From an uncultured Fidelibacterota bacterium (lineage in GTDB: Bacteria; Fidelibacterota; Fidelibacteria; Fidelibacterales; Fidelibacteraceae), in contig CALMFL010000159.1 in assembly GCA_937862595.1 (NCBI GenBank), forward strand, positions 1-37,072: 37,072 nucleotides of DNA. The letters are read 5' to 3'. The position numbers and the translations under genes are program-made. Below are positions 26,800 to 35,603 of the stretch, piece after piece (position 1 is the first letter of the stretch; each line of letters begins with the position of its first letter). The notes beneath the pieces were generated by a model. The model worked only from the letters and a program-made list of their open reading frames with translations. It had not been told where the DNA came from and did not search any database.

Positions 26800-28011
26800 T
26801 TATTGTTCTTCGATGACTTTGGTCTGATATGCCTTGTTCAATTCTACCGGCCGGCAATACCCGGATTCCCAGCTTTTAATGAATATTTGGGACACTCTTT
26901 CCGACAAGGGTCCGTTCTCCAGAACGATCCCGAGATTCCTCCCGTTGTGGAAGTAACTTTTCGACCAGTTTGACGTGCCGATCCAGGTCGTCTTTGAATC
27001 GACGACCATGTACTTGCAGTGTTCAACCCGGGCATAGCCGATATAGCCTCCGCTGTAGTCCGGGATCGTTGAGAAGCGGATCTCGATATTGGGAATAGCA
27101 TGGAGGGATTTGATGTAGTCGATCCCCGGGGAAGCATAGTTCCAGTCGGAAAGGATCATCTCGATCTTCACGCCGCGGGCGGCCGCCCGGCGAAGCGCAA
27201 GATCAAGTTCGCTGTAAAGCTCCTTTCCGGATAATGGCTTATAGCTCAGCAATTGGATCCTGACGGATCGTTCCGCGGATCCGATCATCCCGGCCAGCTG
27301 TGTTTCGTCCCAGTTCGGGACGTGATAGATGATCTTCGGATTGCTGGCGGTCGGGATGAGTCCGACCTCACCGTATTCTTTTAAATTTACCCGGAAGGCG
27401 CGAAGGTCTTCCGAGCTTTCGATACCGCTTAGCAGACCGTCCGTGTCGGCGCCCTTTGCCGCCAGCGCCCAATCCATTTCAAACAGTTCCCGGTAAAACC
27501 CCGCAAGCTCCCGGTTCCTGATCCTGATCCCCAGTTCGTGGATATGGTCAAGGGCCCGCCAGTCGAAATTCTGCGACCCGAGAAAGACCTCGTTGCCGTC
27601 GACAATAAAATACTTTGCGTGCAGGACCCCGCCGGTGATCCGGCTTAGGTCGTAAACGCGCACGTCGATGTTCCGATGTTCGTTCAGCTTGTCCGCCGTC
27701 CCAGGATAGGTTTTGTACATGTTCCCGTCAACGACAAAACGGACTTTTACGCCGCGGTCTGCGGCAAGATAAACCGCCTCCAGAACGGGCGTCAGGGCTT
27801 CTCCCTCCTGATGGGAAATATAGAATTCGCCGAAATCGAGGGTCTTTTTTGCGGAACGGATCATTTCCAGCCAGACCTCCTGCGTGTTCCGGATATCCGC
27901 ATTATCCAGCATGGTCTCACGCGGAACGCTTTCCACCAGTTCGATCAGGTCTTTTCCCTTCAGACCCGGGAGCAGGAACAGTAAGATCAGAAGTGCGGCC
28001 ATGCGTTTCAT
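26800..28011 (-). CDS. Secreted phospholipase D-family protein with two HKD motifs
   Basis: Signal peptide MKRMAALLILLFLLPGLKG. HKD 1 is LHAKYFIVDGNEVFLGSQNF and HKD 2 is EHCKYMVVDSKTTWIGTSNW; both fit HxK(x)4D(x)6G(S/T)xN. Confidence 0.85.
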   Translation of the reverse strand: MKRMAALLILLFLLPGLKGKDLIELVESVPRETMLDNADIRNTQEVWLEMIRSAKKTLDFGEFYISHQEGEALTPVLEAVYLAADRGVKVRFVVDGNMYKTYPGTADKLNEHRNIDVRVYDLSRITGGVLHAKYFIVDGNEVFLGSQNFDWRALDHIHELGIRIRNRELAGFYRELFEMDWALAAKGADTDGLLSGIESSEDLRAFRVNLKEYGEVGLIPTASNPKIIYHVPNWDETQLAGMIGSAERSVRIQLLSYKPLSGKELYSELDLALRRAAARGVKIEMILSDWNYASPGIDYIKSLHAIPNIEIRFSTIPDYSGGYIGYARVEHCKYMVVDSKTTWIGTSNWSKSYFHNGRNLGIVLENGPLSERVSQIFIKSWESGYCRPVELNKAYQTKVIEEQ

Positions 28012-28160
28012 TTCAGCGTCCTTTCGGCTTAAAAATGATCTTGAGGGGTCTTGGTCCCAATCGTATAGTTTAGGATTTTTTCACCCGGATACAAATATAA
28101 ATATCATACGGGTTTTCGATCCCGGGGGTCCGCATTGTTTTCACCGGAGCGCCTATTCGC

Positions 28161-28190
28161 TTGCAAATGACGGCCGGCTTTTCCTAAATT
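28161..28190 (+). promoter_or_regulatory. Sigma70-like promoter candidate for the 28217 gene
   Basis: TTGCAA (28161..28166), 18 nt, then TAAATT (28185..28190). An AAGGAG RBS follows upstream of ATG 28217. This is a pattern match only. Confidence 0.25.
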
Positions 28191-28216
28191 CGCATCATGC
28201 AGAAAAAGGAGAGACT

Positions 28217-28690
28217 ATGGATGAAAAATGGCAGGCCGTTCCCGGTGTCGGAATAGGGAGCATCCGTTTCGGCATCAGCCGGGAAGCATTGCTCGACATG
28301 CTCGGCGAACCGGATGACATTGACACCAACGAAGAGGACGGGGAATCGTGCGAACATTATTATTACGACGATCTTGACGTGTCCTTCACCTTCAGCGACG
28401 CGGAAGGCGACCGTTTGCTGTTGATCACGATCGGGAATCCGGTCTATTCGATCGGGGGGAAGCTTTCGGCCGGAATGGAACGTCCGGACGCCCTTGAAGC
28501 GATTCGGGAGTTGGGGTGGGAGGATCCGATGATCGAAGATGTGTCGGATAAGGAAAATCCGCGGGCCTTCATTTATTCCTACGATGACCAGGGGCTCGAC
28601 GTCTGGTTTGACGACGATATTATAACCGGTTTGCAGATGAGCCCGCTCTGGAAGGACGATGACACCATTGCCTGGCCGGACATCACATAA
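28217..28690 (+). CDS. Hypothetical small acidic cytoplasmic protein (157 aa)
   Basis: The start is set at ATG 28217, preceded by AAAAAGGAGAG. The ORF-track extension to 27884 is antisense to the PLD gene. The protein is Asp/Glu-rich, has no signal peptide, and contains two similar segments (GIGSIRFGISREALLDMLGEPD and IGGKLSAGMERPDALEAIRELGWEDP). Confidence 0.65.
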   Translation: MDEKWQAVPGVGIGSIRFGISREALLDMLGEPDDIDTNEEDGESCEHYYYDDLDVSFTFSDAEGDRLLLITIGNPVYSIGGKLSAGMERPDALEAIRELGWEDPMIEDVSDKENPRAFIYSYDDQGLDVWFDDDIITGLQMSPLWKDDDTIAWPDIT

Positions 28691-29579
28691 CACAACGGCG
28701 CTATTTTTCGCTTTCCTGGTGCTCGTTCTATGGGCAAGCGTTGCCACAGCGTTCAAGATCGCGCTGGAATATCTGCGTCCCTTTGAATTGCTGTTTTTAT
28801 CGTCGCTTGTTTCTTTCCTGGCCTTAAGCGTGATCATGCTGGTTTCCGGACGGTTCCGGAAGCTTAAGGAGCTGACGCGGAACGATTATATCCGGCTGAC
28901 GCTTGCCGGGATACTGAACCCGGTGATCTATTATCTGATCCTGTTCAAGGCTTACGATCTTCTGCCCGCTCAATACGCCCAGGCGGTCAATTTCACCTGG
29001 CCGCTGGTCCTGGCTCTGGCGGCCATGATCGCCGGACATGAGAAATTCCATTTTCTCCGCCTTCTTGCCTTATGCGTCTCGTTCGCCGGGGCGCTGGTCG
29101 TCGTGCTCGGCGGGAAGCAGCTCGCCGGCGGGATCAGTATCCCCGGGGTTCTGCTTGCCTTTTTCTCTACCTTCATCTGGGTTGCGTACTGGATGATCGC
29201 AAAGACGATCAAGGCGGACCCGGTGATCAGCCTGTGGGTCCCGTTTACAACGGGCGCCGCCGTTCTTTCCCTGATGGCGTGTTTTCTCTTCCGGCCGGCA
29301 GCGCTTTCTCCGGCGGCATGGGCGGGTGCGGGCTATGTCGGATTGTTCGAGATGAGCATTACCTTCCTGTTCTGGCTGACCGCCCTTCGAAAAGCGACCT
29401 CAACGGCGCTGGTCAGCAACTTCATTTACGCCGTGCCCTTTCTGTCGCTGATCTTTATTCGTTTTGTATTGAACGAGCCGATCCGGCCGGCCACGCTGAT
29501 CGGACTTATCATGATCGCGGGCGGGATCGTGGGACAGATGTGGGTGCACAAAAGTAAAAGACTAAGTTTTAAAGATTAA
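28659..29579 (+). CDS. DMT-superfamily (EamA-like) transporter
   Basis: About ten hydrophobic helices in two halves, with an EamA-like N-terminus (LVLVLWASVATAFKIALEYL). The start is uncertain: ATG 28659 overlaps the previous CDS by 32 nt. Confidence 0.7.
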   Translation: MTPLPGRTSHNTTALFFAFLVLVLWASVATAFKIALEYLRPFELLFLSSLVSFLALSVIMLVSGRFRKLKELTRNDYIRLTLAGILNPVIYYLILFKAYDLLPAQYAQAVNFTWPLVLALAAMIAGHEKFHFLRLLALCVSFAGALVVVLGGKQLAGGISIPGVLLAFFSTFIWVAYWMIAKTIKADPVISLWVPFTTGAAVLSLMACFLFRPAALSPAAWAGAGYVGLFEMSITFLFWLTALRKATSTALVSNFIYAVPFLSLIFIRFVLNEPIRPATLIGLIMIAGGIVGQMWVHKSKRLSFKD

Positions 29580-29589
29580 CGTACGTTTA

Positions 29590-30582
29590 TTATTTTATGT
29601 AGTCCAGATACGCCGGTTCTCCGTCATAGCGGTATCCCCGGTTTTCATATTCCGTGCCGCTGAGCATGGAATGAATGAACCCGTTCCGGTAGACCTGAAC
29701 GGTATGAAGGATCTCGCGTCGGGGGTTTTTCTTAAGCAAAAACCGGACACGTCCGTTCAGCGCCCCACAGGTGATCATCGAATCGCCGTTTTCTTCCGAG
29801 AAGTCCAAAACCTTATCCAGTCTCTGTTTCATCAGGCGCGTATTCCACCAGGTGCCGCCTTCGGCCGAAACGACGGGCTTCCCCTGATACCGGGCAACAC
29901 TGTCATTATAGGCAAGGACGCAAAGATACGTTGAATCGCGGGCCGTCAAAAATTCCGTGAAGAGACTGTCGTAACGTTCCGCATCGTATTTATAATTATA
30001 ATTGCTGTCCAGAAATGCGATCCGGTCGATCCATGCCGGAATGGTTCCGGCCCCCAGCAAATAGCGCAAGACCCATGAACCGCCGGCGCTGTGTCCGTTG
30101 AGCGTCACATCATAATCGAAGTCCGAAAAGGGGGCCAGAATATCCCCGACCATGGCCTGGATCAGGGAAACGTAGTCTTCGGGGTGATGATCGTCATACA
30201 GCTGCCAGGTGCGGCAGACCGGCTGAATGTAAATCACGATGACGTTCCTGTCTTTGAGGACATGCCTCAGAAAGCGCGTCTGGGCGCCGATGTGCTGGAT
30301 ATCGTAATGCCAGTCATCCCCGGGTGCGGTCTTTTTTCCGACCGTCCATTCGATCGTATTTCCCGCCGGCAGAGCGTAAAAAACAATGACGGTTTTTTTT
30401 TCGGTTTTCAGCGAATCGCCTCCGGGCGCGTTGATGTGCACATTCACGTCACCGCCCCAAACAAAACTGCGCGTCTGCTCCCGCACGTTTTTCTGTTGTT
30501 CATAACCCGGCAGAACGACCGCGTAAAGCGATGATAACACCGCGCATAGCAGGTAACCGACATTCCAAATCTTTTTGCTCAT
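29590..30582 (-). CDS. Secreted alpha/beta-hydrolase-like protein (putative esterase)
   Basis: The start is set at MSKKIWNVGYLLCAVLSSLYA (signal-anchor-like). A nucleophile-elbow GHSAGG lies in LNGHSAGGSWVLRYL. I cannot assign a subfamily. The ORF-track start at 30666 would run through the htrA terminator. Confidence 0.55.
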   Translation of the reverse strand: MSKKIWNVGYLLCAVLSSLYAVVLPGYEQQKNVREQTRSFVWGGDVNVHINAPGGDSLKTEKKTVIVFYALPAGNTIEWTVGKKTAPGDDWHYDIQHIGAQTRFLRHVLKDRNVIVIYIQPVCRTWQLYDDHHPEDYVSLIQAMVGDILAPFSDFDYDVTLNGHSAGGSWVLRYLLGAGTIPAWIDRIAFLDSNYNYKYDAERYDSLFTEFLTARDSTYLCVLAYNDSVARYQGKPVVSAEGGTWWNTRLMKQRLDKVLDFSEENGDSMITCGALNGRVRFLLKKNPRREILHTVQVYRNGFIHSMLSGTEYENRGYRYDGEPAYLDYIK

Positions 30583-30664
30583 GACCGCTCCCGGCGCCGG
30601 GTAAGCGACGCCTGAAAAAAATACGCCAACCCGGGTGCAATTGAAAAGGATTTTTGTGGAAAGC

Positions 30665-30693
30665 AAAAACCCTCCGTCTTGCGGCGGAGGGTT
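30665..30693 (-). terminator. Rho-independent terminator of htrA
   Basis: On the minus strand the sequence reads AACCCTCCGCCGCAAGACGGAGGGTTTTTGC. The stem is CCCTCCG/CGGAGGG (30670..30676 and 30685..30691), followed by a U5 tract, about 30 nt after the htrA stop. Confidence 0.7.
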
Positions 30694-30721
30694 CCCGGTT
30701 GGTGGTTGTGTGTGAAGTTTG

Positions 30722-32104
30722 CTATTTTGCTTTGACGGTGATAAAACGCTTTGTCCCGTTTTTCGTTTCGATCAGGAGGAGGATGGTCTGATCTTTTTGA
30801 ACGCCTTCAAGGGCTTTGTTATAATCGCTCATCGATTCGATCGTCTTGCGTTCCAGGGTAACGATGCGGTCGCCCGGCCGCACCCCTTTCTGCTGGATCT
30901 CCGATCCGGGATCCACACTGACGATCACGACCCCTTTCCGCGAGTCCAGCCCGTACTGTTTTGCAAGCTCTTCCGAGTTGCTCTGTACCGTAAATCCCAG
31001 GTCTACGGTGGCGGCGGCGTCGCCGGAAGCGGCTGCAAGCGGTTCATCCGAAGGCATCTCGGCAAGCTTGACAGTGATAAGTTTCGACTTCCCTTCACGG
31101 ATGACCGTAAGCTTGACGCTCTCTCCCGGATAACGCGAGGAAATGTTGAGCTGAAGTTCAGAGGGCGTCCGGACCTGCTGTTCGTTAACCTTAATGATCA
31201 CGTCGCCGGCGGCGAGCTTTGCATCTTTGGCAGGACTATCTTCCATGATGTCCGAGATCAGAATGCCCTGAACATCCTTCAGGCCCAGGGTCTCGGAAAG
31301 GTCCTGATTGAGTTCCTGAATGCTGACCCCCAGCCAGGCGCGGATCACGCGGCCCTGTTTCACAATATCGTTCATGACTTTTTTCGCCAGATTGATCGGG
31401 ATCGCAAATCCGATGCCATTGGATCCGCCGGACCGGCTCATGATGGCGGAATTAATACCGATCACCTCGCCGTCCAGGTTGACCAGCGCGCCGCCGGAAT
31501 TTCCGGGATTGATCGAGGCGTCGGTCTGAATATAGCTTTCATAGGTGCTGAGCTGCATGCCGGAGCGTCCGAGGCCGGAAATGATGCCGTGCGTCACGGT
31601 GTTCCCCAGGCGCGTACTGAAGGGACTTCCGATCGCAAGCACCCATTCGCCGACCCGAAGGATGTCCGAGTCTCCCAGTTTTGCCGCGGGAATATCGTCG
31701 GCCTTGATCTTCAGGACGGCAATATCCGTTTTGCTGTCCGCCCCGATGAGCTCGGCGTCAAATTCGCGTTTGTCGGACAGAACGACCTTGATCTCTTCCG
31801 CCTGGTCGATAACGTGATTGTTCGTGATCACATACCCGTTCTCAACGACCACGCCGGACCCCAGTGCGGAACTCCGGTATTCGCGTTCTTTGTTGGGAAC
31901 GTTGAACCCGAAGAAATCAAAGGGAAAATCAAAATCACCGAAGGGGTTCTGAATTTTCGTGACCTTTTGCGCGGTGATCGTCACCACGGAGGGGCTGACT
32001 TTTTCCGCGATATCCGCGAATTGCGTGCTGAAGGCTTTCAGGTCCTGTGCGTGGACCGGTATCAAAATTGCCAGGAACAATAAAACGGAAATCCATTTTT
32101 TCAT
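30722..32104 (-). CDS. htrA: Periplasmic serine endoprotease DegP/HtrA (Do family, two PDZ domains)
   Basis: Signal peptide MKKWISVLLFLAILIPVHA. The catalytic triad contexts are VITNNHVI, DIAVLKI and GNSGGALVNLDGEVIGINSA. Two PDZ-like C-terminal repeats are present. Confidence 0.92.
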   Translation of the reverse strand: MKKWISVLLFLAILIPVHAQDLKAFSTQFADIAEKVSPSVVTITAQKVTKIQNPFGDFDFPFDFFGFNVPNKEREYRSSALGSGVVVENGYVITNNHVIDQAEEIKVVLSDKREFDAELIGADSKTDIAVLKIKADDIPAAKLGDSDILRVGEWVLAIGSPFSTRLGNTVTHGIISGLGRSGMQLSTYESYIQTDASINPGNSGGALVNLDGEVIGINSAIMSRSGGSNGIGFAIPINLAKKVMNDIVKQGRVIRAWLGVSIQELNQDLSETLGLKDVQGILISDIMEDSPAKDAKLAAGDVIIKVNEQQVRTPSELQLNISSRYPGESVKLTVIREGKSKLITVKLAEMPSDEPLAAASGDAAATVDLGFTVQSNSEELAKQYGLDSRKGVVIVSVDPGSEIQQKGVRPGDRIVTLERKTIESMSDYNKALEGVQKDQTILLLIETKNGTKRFITVKAK

Positions 32105-32245
32105 CGTTGTTTTCTCCTTTTCAATCGTCTACGTATATGAATAAGGAGCGGCGAAAGTTCCGAAATGCAGGAAGATGTTCAGGAAAGAAAAAAACCGTCA
32201 AAATAAAACACGGTGAAAGGTAGCGGACTATCGGGTCAATCTCAG

Positions 32246-33643
32246 CTAAAGCGTCCGTTCCGCGGTCCTGACCAGTTCGTCCGAAAGCCTCTGCTGATCG
32301 CGGATCAGCGCCGCTTCGTCCAGTCCGGCGATCCGGCCGTCGATGACGACCTGTCTGCCGTTCACGATCACATGGTCCACGGGGCTCATGGCGGCATTGA
32401 ATACCACGGCGGCGGCGGGGTCGTGCTGGGCGCCGGCGTATTCCAGCCGGTCCAGGGATATCATGGCGATATCGGCGCATTTCCCGGGTTTGATCTGTCC
32501 GATATCGTCCCGTCCCAGGACTTTTGCGCCGCCGCGGGTCGCCATCCACAGGACGTCGTCGGCGTTCAGCCAGAATTCCGGGGCACGCAGCCGGGAGATC
32601 AGCATGGCGTTGCGTATCTCTAGCAGCATGTTCGAGGCATCGTTCGAGGCGGAGCCGTCCACGGCAATGCTGACGTTCGCCCCGCTCTTCAGCAGTTCGC
32701 GAATGCGGGCGATCCCCGAGCCGAGCCGCATGTTCGACGAAGGGCAATGCGCAACGCCGATCTTTGCCTTTCCGGCTTCCGCGATCTCCCCGTCATTCAG
32801 AAAGATGGAATGCGCGAACCAGGCGTTGCTCCGGATCCAGCCCAGCGATTGCATGAAAGCGAAAGGGCGCTGTCCGAATTTTTCGAGACAGAAGGTCTCT
32901 TCATCCCGGGTCTCGGCGAGGTGGGTATGGATCTGCAGTTTGTATTTCTCCGCGATGTCCACGGTCCTGCGCATGGATGCCGGCGTTACGGAAAAGGGAG
33001 AGCAGGGCGCCAGGGACAGTTTCAGCATCGACCCGAAGGTCTCGTCATGGTAATCCCGGACAAGTCTTTCAATATCCTCAAAGATCGCTTCTTCGCTTTG
33101 AACGACGTCTTCAGGCGGCAGTCCGCCGTCCTTTTTGCTCAGGGTCATGAATCCCCGCGTCGGCTGAAAGCGCATTCCCAGTTCGCGGGCCGCCAGGATC
33201 TCCCGGTCGATCAGCGTTGTCTCGGCGCGGGCGGGAAAAAGGTAAAGGTGGTCCGAGGTGGTCGTGCAGCCCGATTTCAGCAATTCCGCCATCGCCGTTT
33301 TGGCACTGACCTGGAAGGCCTCCCCGCCGATACCGCGCCAGATCTTATAGTGGGTGATCAGCCAGTCGAACAATTCCGACTTTTGAGCGGCGAAAACATT
33401 TCGCGTGAGGGTCTGGAAAAAGTGATGGTGGGTGTTCACGAATCCCGGCAGCACCAGCATGCGTCGGGCATCGATGACCGTATCCGCTTTCCCGCGGAAT
33501 TTTTCCGGTCCTGCGGATACGATGAGATTGTCTTCAATATAGACGTGGCCCCCGGAAAACACGTCCAGCATGTCTTCCGCGTTCGCATCATCGTGCATGC
33601 GGCAGCACAACAGGGGCTCATTGATCAACAGTGAGGTTTTCAT
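32246..33643 (-). CDS. 8-oxoguanine deaminase-like amidohydrolase (TRZ/ATZ group)
   Basis: LPGFVNTHHHFFQTLTR, SGCTTTSDHLY, APCSPFSV, HTHLAET, AHCPSSNMRLGSG and VDGSASND form the metal-ligand and signature pattern I associate with 8-oxoguanine / isoxanthopterin-type deaminases rather than SsnA (which has SHNHFY). The substrate is not determinable by eye. Confidence 0.7.
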   Translation of the reverse strand: MKTSLLINEPLLCCRMHDDANAEDMLDVFSGGHVYIEDNLIVSAGPEKFRGKADTVIDARRMLVLPGFVNTHHHFFQTLTRNVFAAQKSELFDWLITHYKIWRGIGGEAFQVSAKTAMAELLKSGCTTTSDHLYLFPARAETTLIDREILAARELGMRFQPTRGFMTLSKKDGGLPPEDVVQSEEAIFEDIERLVRDYHDETFGSMLKLSLAPCSPFSVTPASMRRTVDIAEKYKLQIHTHLAETRDEETFCLEKFGQRPFAFMQSLGWIRSNAWFAHSIFLNDGEIAEAGKAKIGVAHCPSSNMRLGSGIARIRELLKSGANVSIAVDGSASNDASNMLLEIRNAMLISRLRAPEFWLNADDVLWMATRGGAKVLGRDDIGQIKPGKCADIAMISLDRLEYAGAQHDPAAAVVFNAAMSPVDHVIVNGRQVVIDGRIAGLDEAALIRDQQRLSDELVRTAERTL

Positions 33644-33657
33644 ATCGCCTCGTTCTT

Positions 33658-35118
33658 TCAGCTTAACACTTTCTCGTTAAAGGCATTGATCAGTTCGTCG
33701 ATCCGGGGCGTCATCGCATGAATCGATCCCCAGTATTCCTTGTGATCGTACCATTGCGCATTCAATTCTTTCAGGTCTTTGCCCTGCTGTTCGATCCAGG
33801 TATAATATTTCAGGTTGTGGATGCGCTTCCGGGCATAATAATCCAGCTCCAGCATGTTGTCGATGGCGGTGTTGCCGACCATTTCATAATCGCGGACGGC
33901 GTTTTCCCGCGTATAGGTTCCGTATTTTTCCCGCAATTCGCGCAGGCGCGAACTGTAAAGCTCCATGGAATCCGTAAAGACCGTCGTGACGATATCGTTT
34001 TCGCCCAGTTCGTAGTACTTGGCGAATTTGATGGCGGCGATCAGGTTGCCGATGGAAGAGATCCCCAGAAGGTCCAGCTGCCGGATGATCGCGTCCGAAA
34101 CGCCGCAGCCGCTTAAGTAGTCGTGTCCCGCCGGTTCGTTCAGCAGGCGCATCATGCGGATCGCGGCCTCGTCGTCGACGGCGATGACCATGTCCGTTTC
34201 CCTGGCGTTGTGGATCCAGGGAACGTGCTTGTCCCCGATGCCTTCGATACGGTGCCCGCCGAAGCCGTTGTTGAGAAGGGTGGGACATTGCAGGGCTTCC
34301 GCAACGGCGACTTTCATCGCCGGAAATCTTTCCTTCAGGAAATCGCCGCATGCCAGGGTGCCGGCGGATCCCGAACTGAGCACGATCCCCGCAACATGAT
34401 CCCCCTGTTTCATGATGCCGTTCAGGACTTCCAGCATGGCATTCCCCGTGACCTCATAGTGCCAGAGATGGTTGCCCGGCTCGTCGAACTGGTTGAAGAT
34501 CATGATATCGTCCCCGCGGGTATTCCGCAATTCCCAGCATTTGTCGAAGATCTCCTTGACATTGCTTTCGCATCCGGGCGTGGGAATCACTTCCCCCGCC
34601 ACCCTGGAAAGCCATTCAAAGCGTTCCTGTGACATTTCCTCCGGAAGGATGGCGATGGACTCGCAGGCAAGCAGGGCGGAATTGTAGGCGCCGCCGCGGC
34701 AGTAGTTCCCGGTGGAGGGCCAGACGGCCTTTTGCGTGGTGGGATCGAACTGTCCGGTGATCAGGCGCGGTACGATGCATCCGTATGTGGCGCCGACCTT
34801 GTGCGCACCGGTCGGGAACCATTTTCCCACCAAGGCGAAAATGCGGGCCTTTACGCCCGTGATCTCGGAAGGGATCTCCATGAAATTCGGTGCGCCGAAA
34901 CCGCCGCCCTGCGCCGTCGCTTCATTTTTCCAGGTAATGCGGAAAAGATTCCGGGGATGAATGTCCCAGAGCCCGATCGAGCGCAGCTCTTCCCGATAGC
35001 GCGCGGGGATCAGCGAGGGGTCCTTCATTTGTGCAAAGGTGGGCAATACGATATTCCGTTCCTTGCAACGTTCAACGGTTTTTTTCAATTGTGCTTCGTG
35101 CATGCTTAAGTCGATCAT
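33658..35118 (-). CDS. Fold-type II (TrpB/CysK-like) PLP-dependent enzyme, long form (486 aa), function unknown
   Basis: The candidate PLP-lysine context is FPTGAHKVGATYG (compare HTGAHK in TrpB). STGNYCRGGAY, SSGSAGTLAC (phosphate loop) and EGIGDKHVPW also fit the cysteine-synthase/TrpB fold. About 95 N-terminal and 110 C-terminal residues lie outside the recognisable core. Confidence 0.65.
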   Translation of the reverse strand: MIDLSMHEAQLKKTVERCKERNIVLPTFAQMKDPSLIPARYREELRSIGLWDIHPRNLFRITWKNEATAQGGGFGAPNFMEIPSEITGVKARIFALVGKWFPTGAHKVGATYGCIVPRLITGQFDPTTQKAVWPSTGNYCRGGAYNSALLACESIAILPEEMSQERFEWLSRVAGEVIPTPGCESNVKEIFDKCWELRNTRGDDIMIFNQFDEPGNHLWHYEVTGNAMLEVLNGIMKQGDHVAGIVLSSGSAGTLACGDFLKERFPAMKVAVAEALQCPTLLNNGFGGHRIEGIGDKHVPWIHNARETDMVIAVDDEAAIRMMRLLNEPAGHDYLSGCGVSDAIIRQLDLLGISSIGNLIAAIKFAKYYELGENDIVTTVFTDSMELYSSRLRELREKYGTYTRENAVRDYEMVGNTAIDNMLELDYYARKRIHNLKYYTWIEQQGKDLKELNAQWYDHKEYWGSIHAMTPRIDELINAFNEKVLS

Positions 35119-35132
35119 TCTGTCCTCGCCGA

Positions 35133-35603
35133 TTATCGTGTTATGATTTCAATTTCCTTGTCGTAAAAAAACATCCGTATCATGTCGTCCAGAAGCGATT
35201 CCCTGACGCTCAGGAACAGCGCCGTTCCCCGGGCGGAAAACTCCTGCAGCAGCTGAAAGAACCCTTTTTTCTGCAGGATCTCCAGGGGTCCGATCTCATC
35301 GATATAGACCGGAGCGGTCCGGATCCCGCGCAAGATGTCTTCCGCTATCCGAAATCCTTCCCGGGAGAAGGAATAGCTGCCCGTTTCGCCATGTTCATCC
35401 CAGCCCGCAGGCAGCCGGTCCTTCAGGCGGATCAGGGGATAGCGATTGCCGCTTTGCAAATGGAGCATGTCATAGCCGGTCAGCGTCTCCCCGCTGAAAT
35501 GCCTCAGGGACAGGACGCCGTCACCTGTCCGGTTTGTTTCGTAAACCTCCCTAAGATAGGTGGTTTTGCCGGAACCATTCGTTCCCGTAACGATCTTAAC
35601 CAT
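35133..35603 (-). CDS. Small P-loop NTPase, THEP1/NTPase_1-like (156 aa)
   Basis: Walker A is GTNGSGKTT and Walker B is VYIDEIGPLE, followed by LQKKGFFQLL, resembling the THEP1 layout (IDEIGKMEL..). Its ATG overlaps the xdhC stop by 8 nt (ATGGTTAA). Confidence 0.6.
   Translation of the reverse strand: MVKIVTGTNGSGKTTYLREVYETNRTGDGVLSLRHFSGETLTGYDMLHLQSGNRYPLIRLKDRLPAGWDEHGETGSYSFSREGFRIAEDILRGIRTAPVYIDEIGPLEILQKKGFFQLLQEFSARGTALFLSVRESLLDDMIRMFFYDKEIEIITR

Noticed and set aside
26800-28011. PLD-family protein as a Nuc-like defence nuclease
   Set aside because: It has a Sec signal peptide and two HKD motifs in one chain (phospholipase / cardiolipin-synthase-like layout). It has no neighbouring helicase, methylase or other defence-type partner.
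27884-28216. N-terminal 111-residue extension of the 268-aa ORF
   Set aside because: It overlaps the PLD gene start antisense and crosses the promoter-like spacer. A strong AAGGAG RBS precedes the internal ATG at 28217.
30719-32083. 454-aa plus-strand ORF
   Set aside because: It is a shadow ORF antisense to the well-supported htrA gene. It is Arg/Gly/Asp-rich with no motifs, as is typical of GC-rich antisense frames.
32121-32747. 208-aa Arg-rich minus-strand ORF
   Set aside because: It lies on the same strand as the 8-oxoguanine-deaminase-like gene's 3' end but out of frame with it. Its extreme Arg/Pro/Gly content is typical of an off-frame GC-rich translation.
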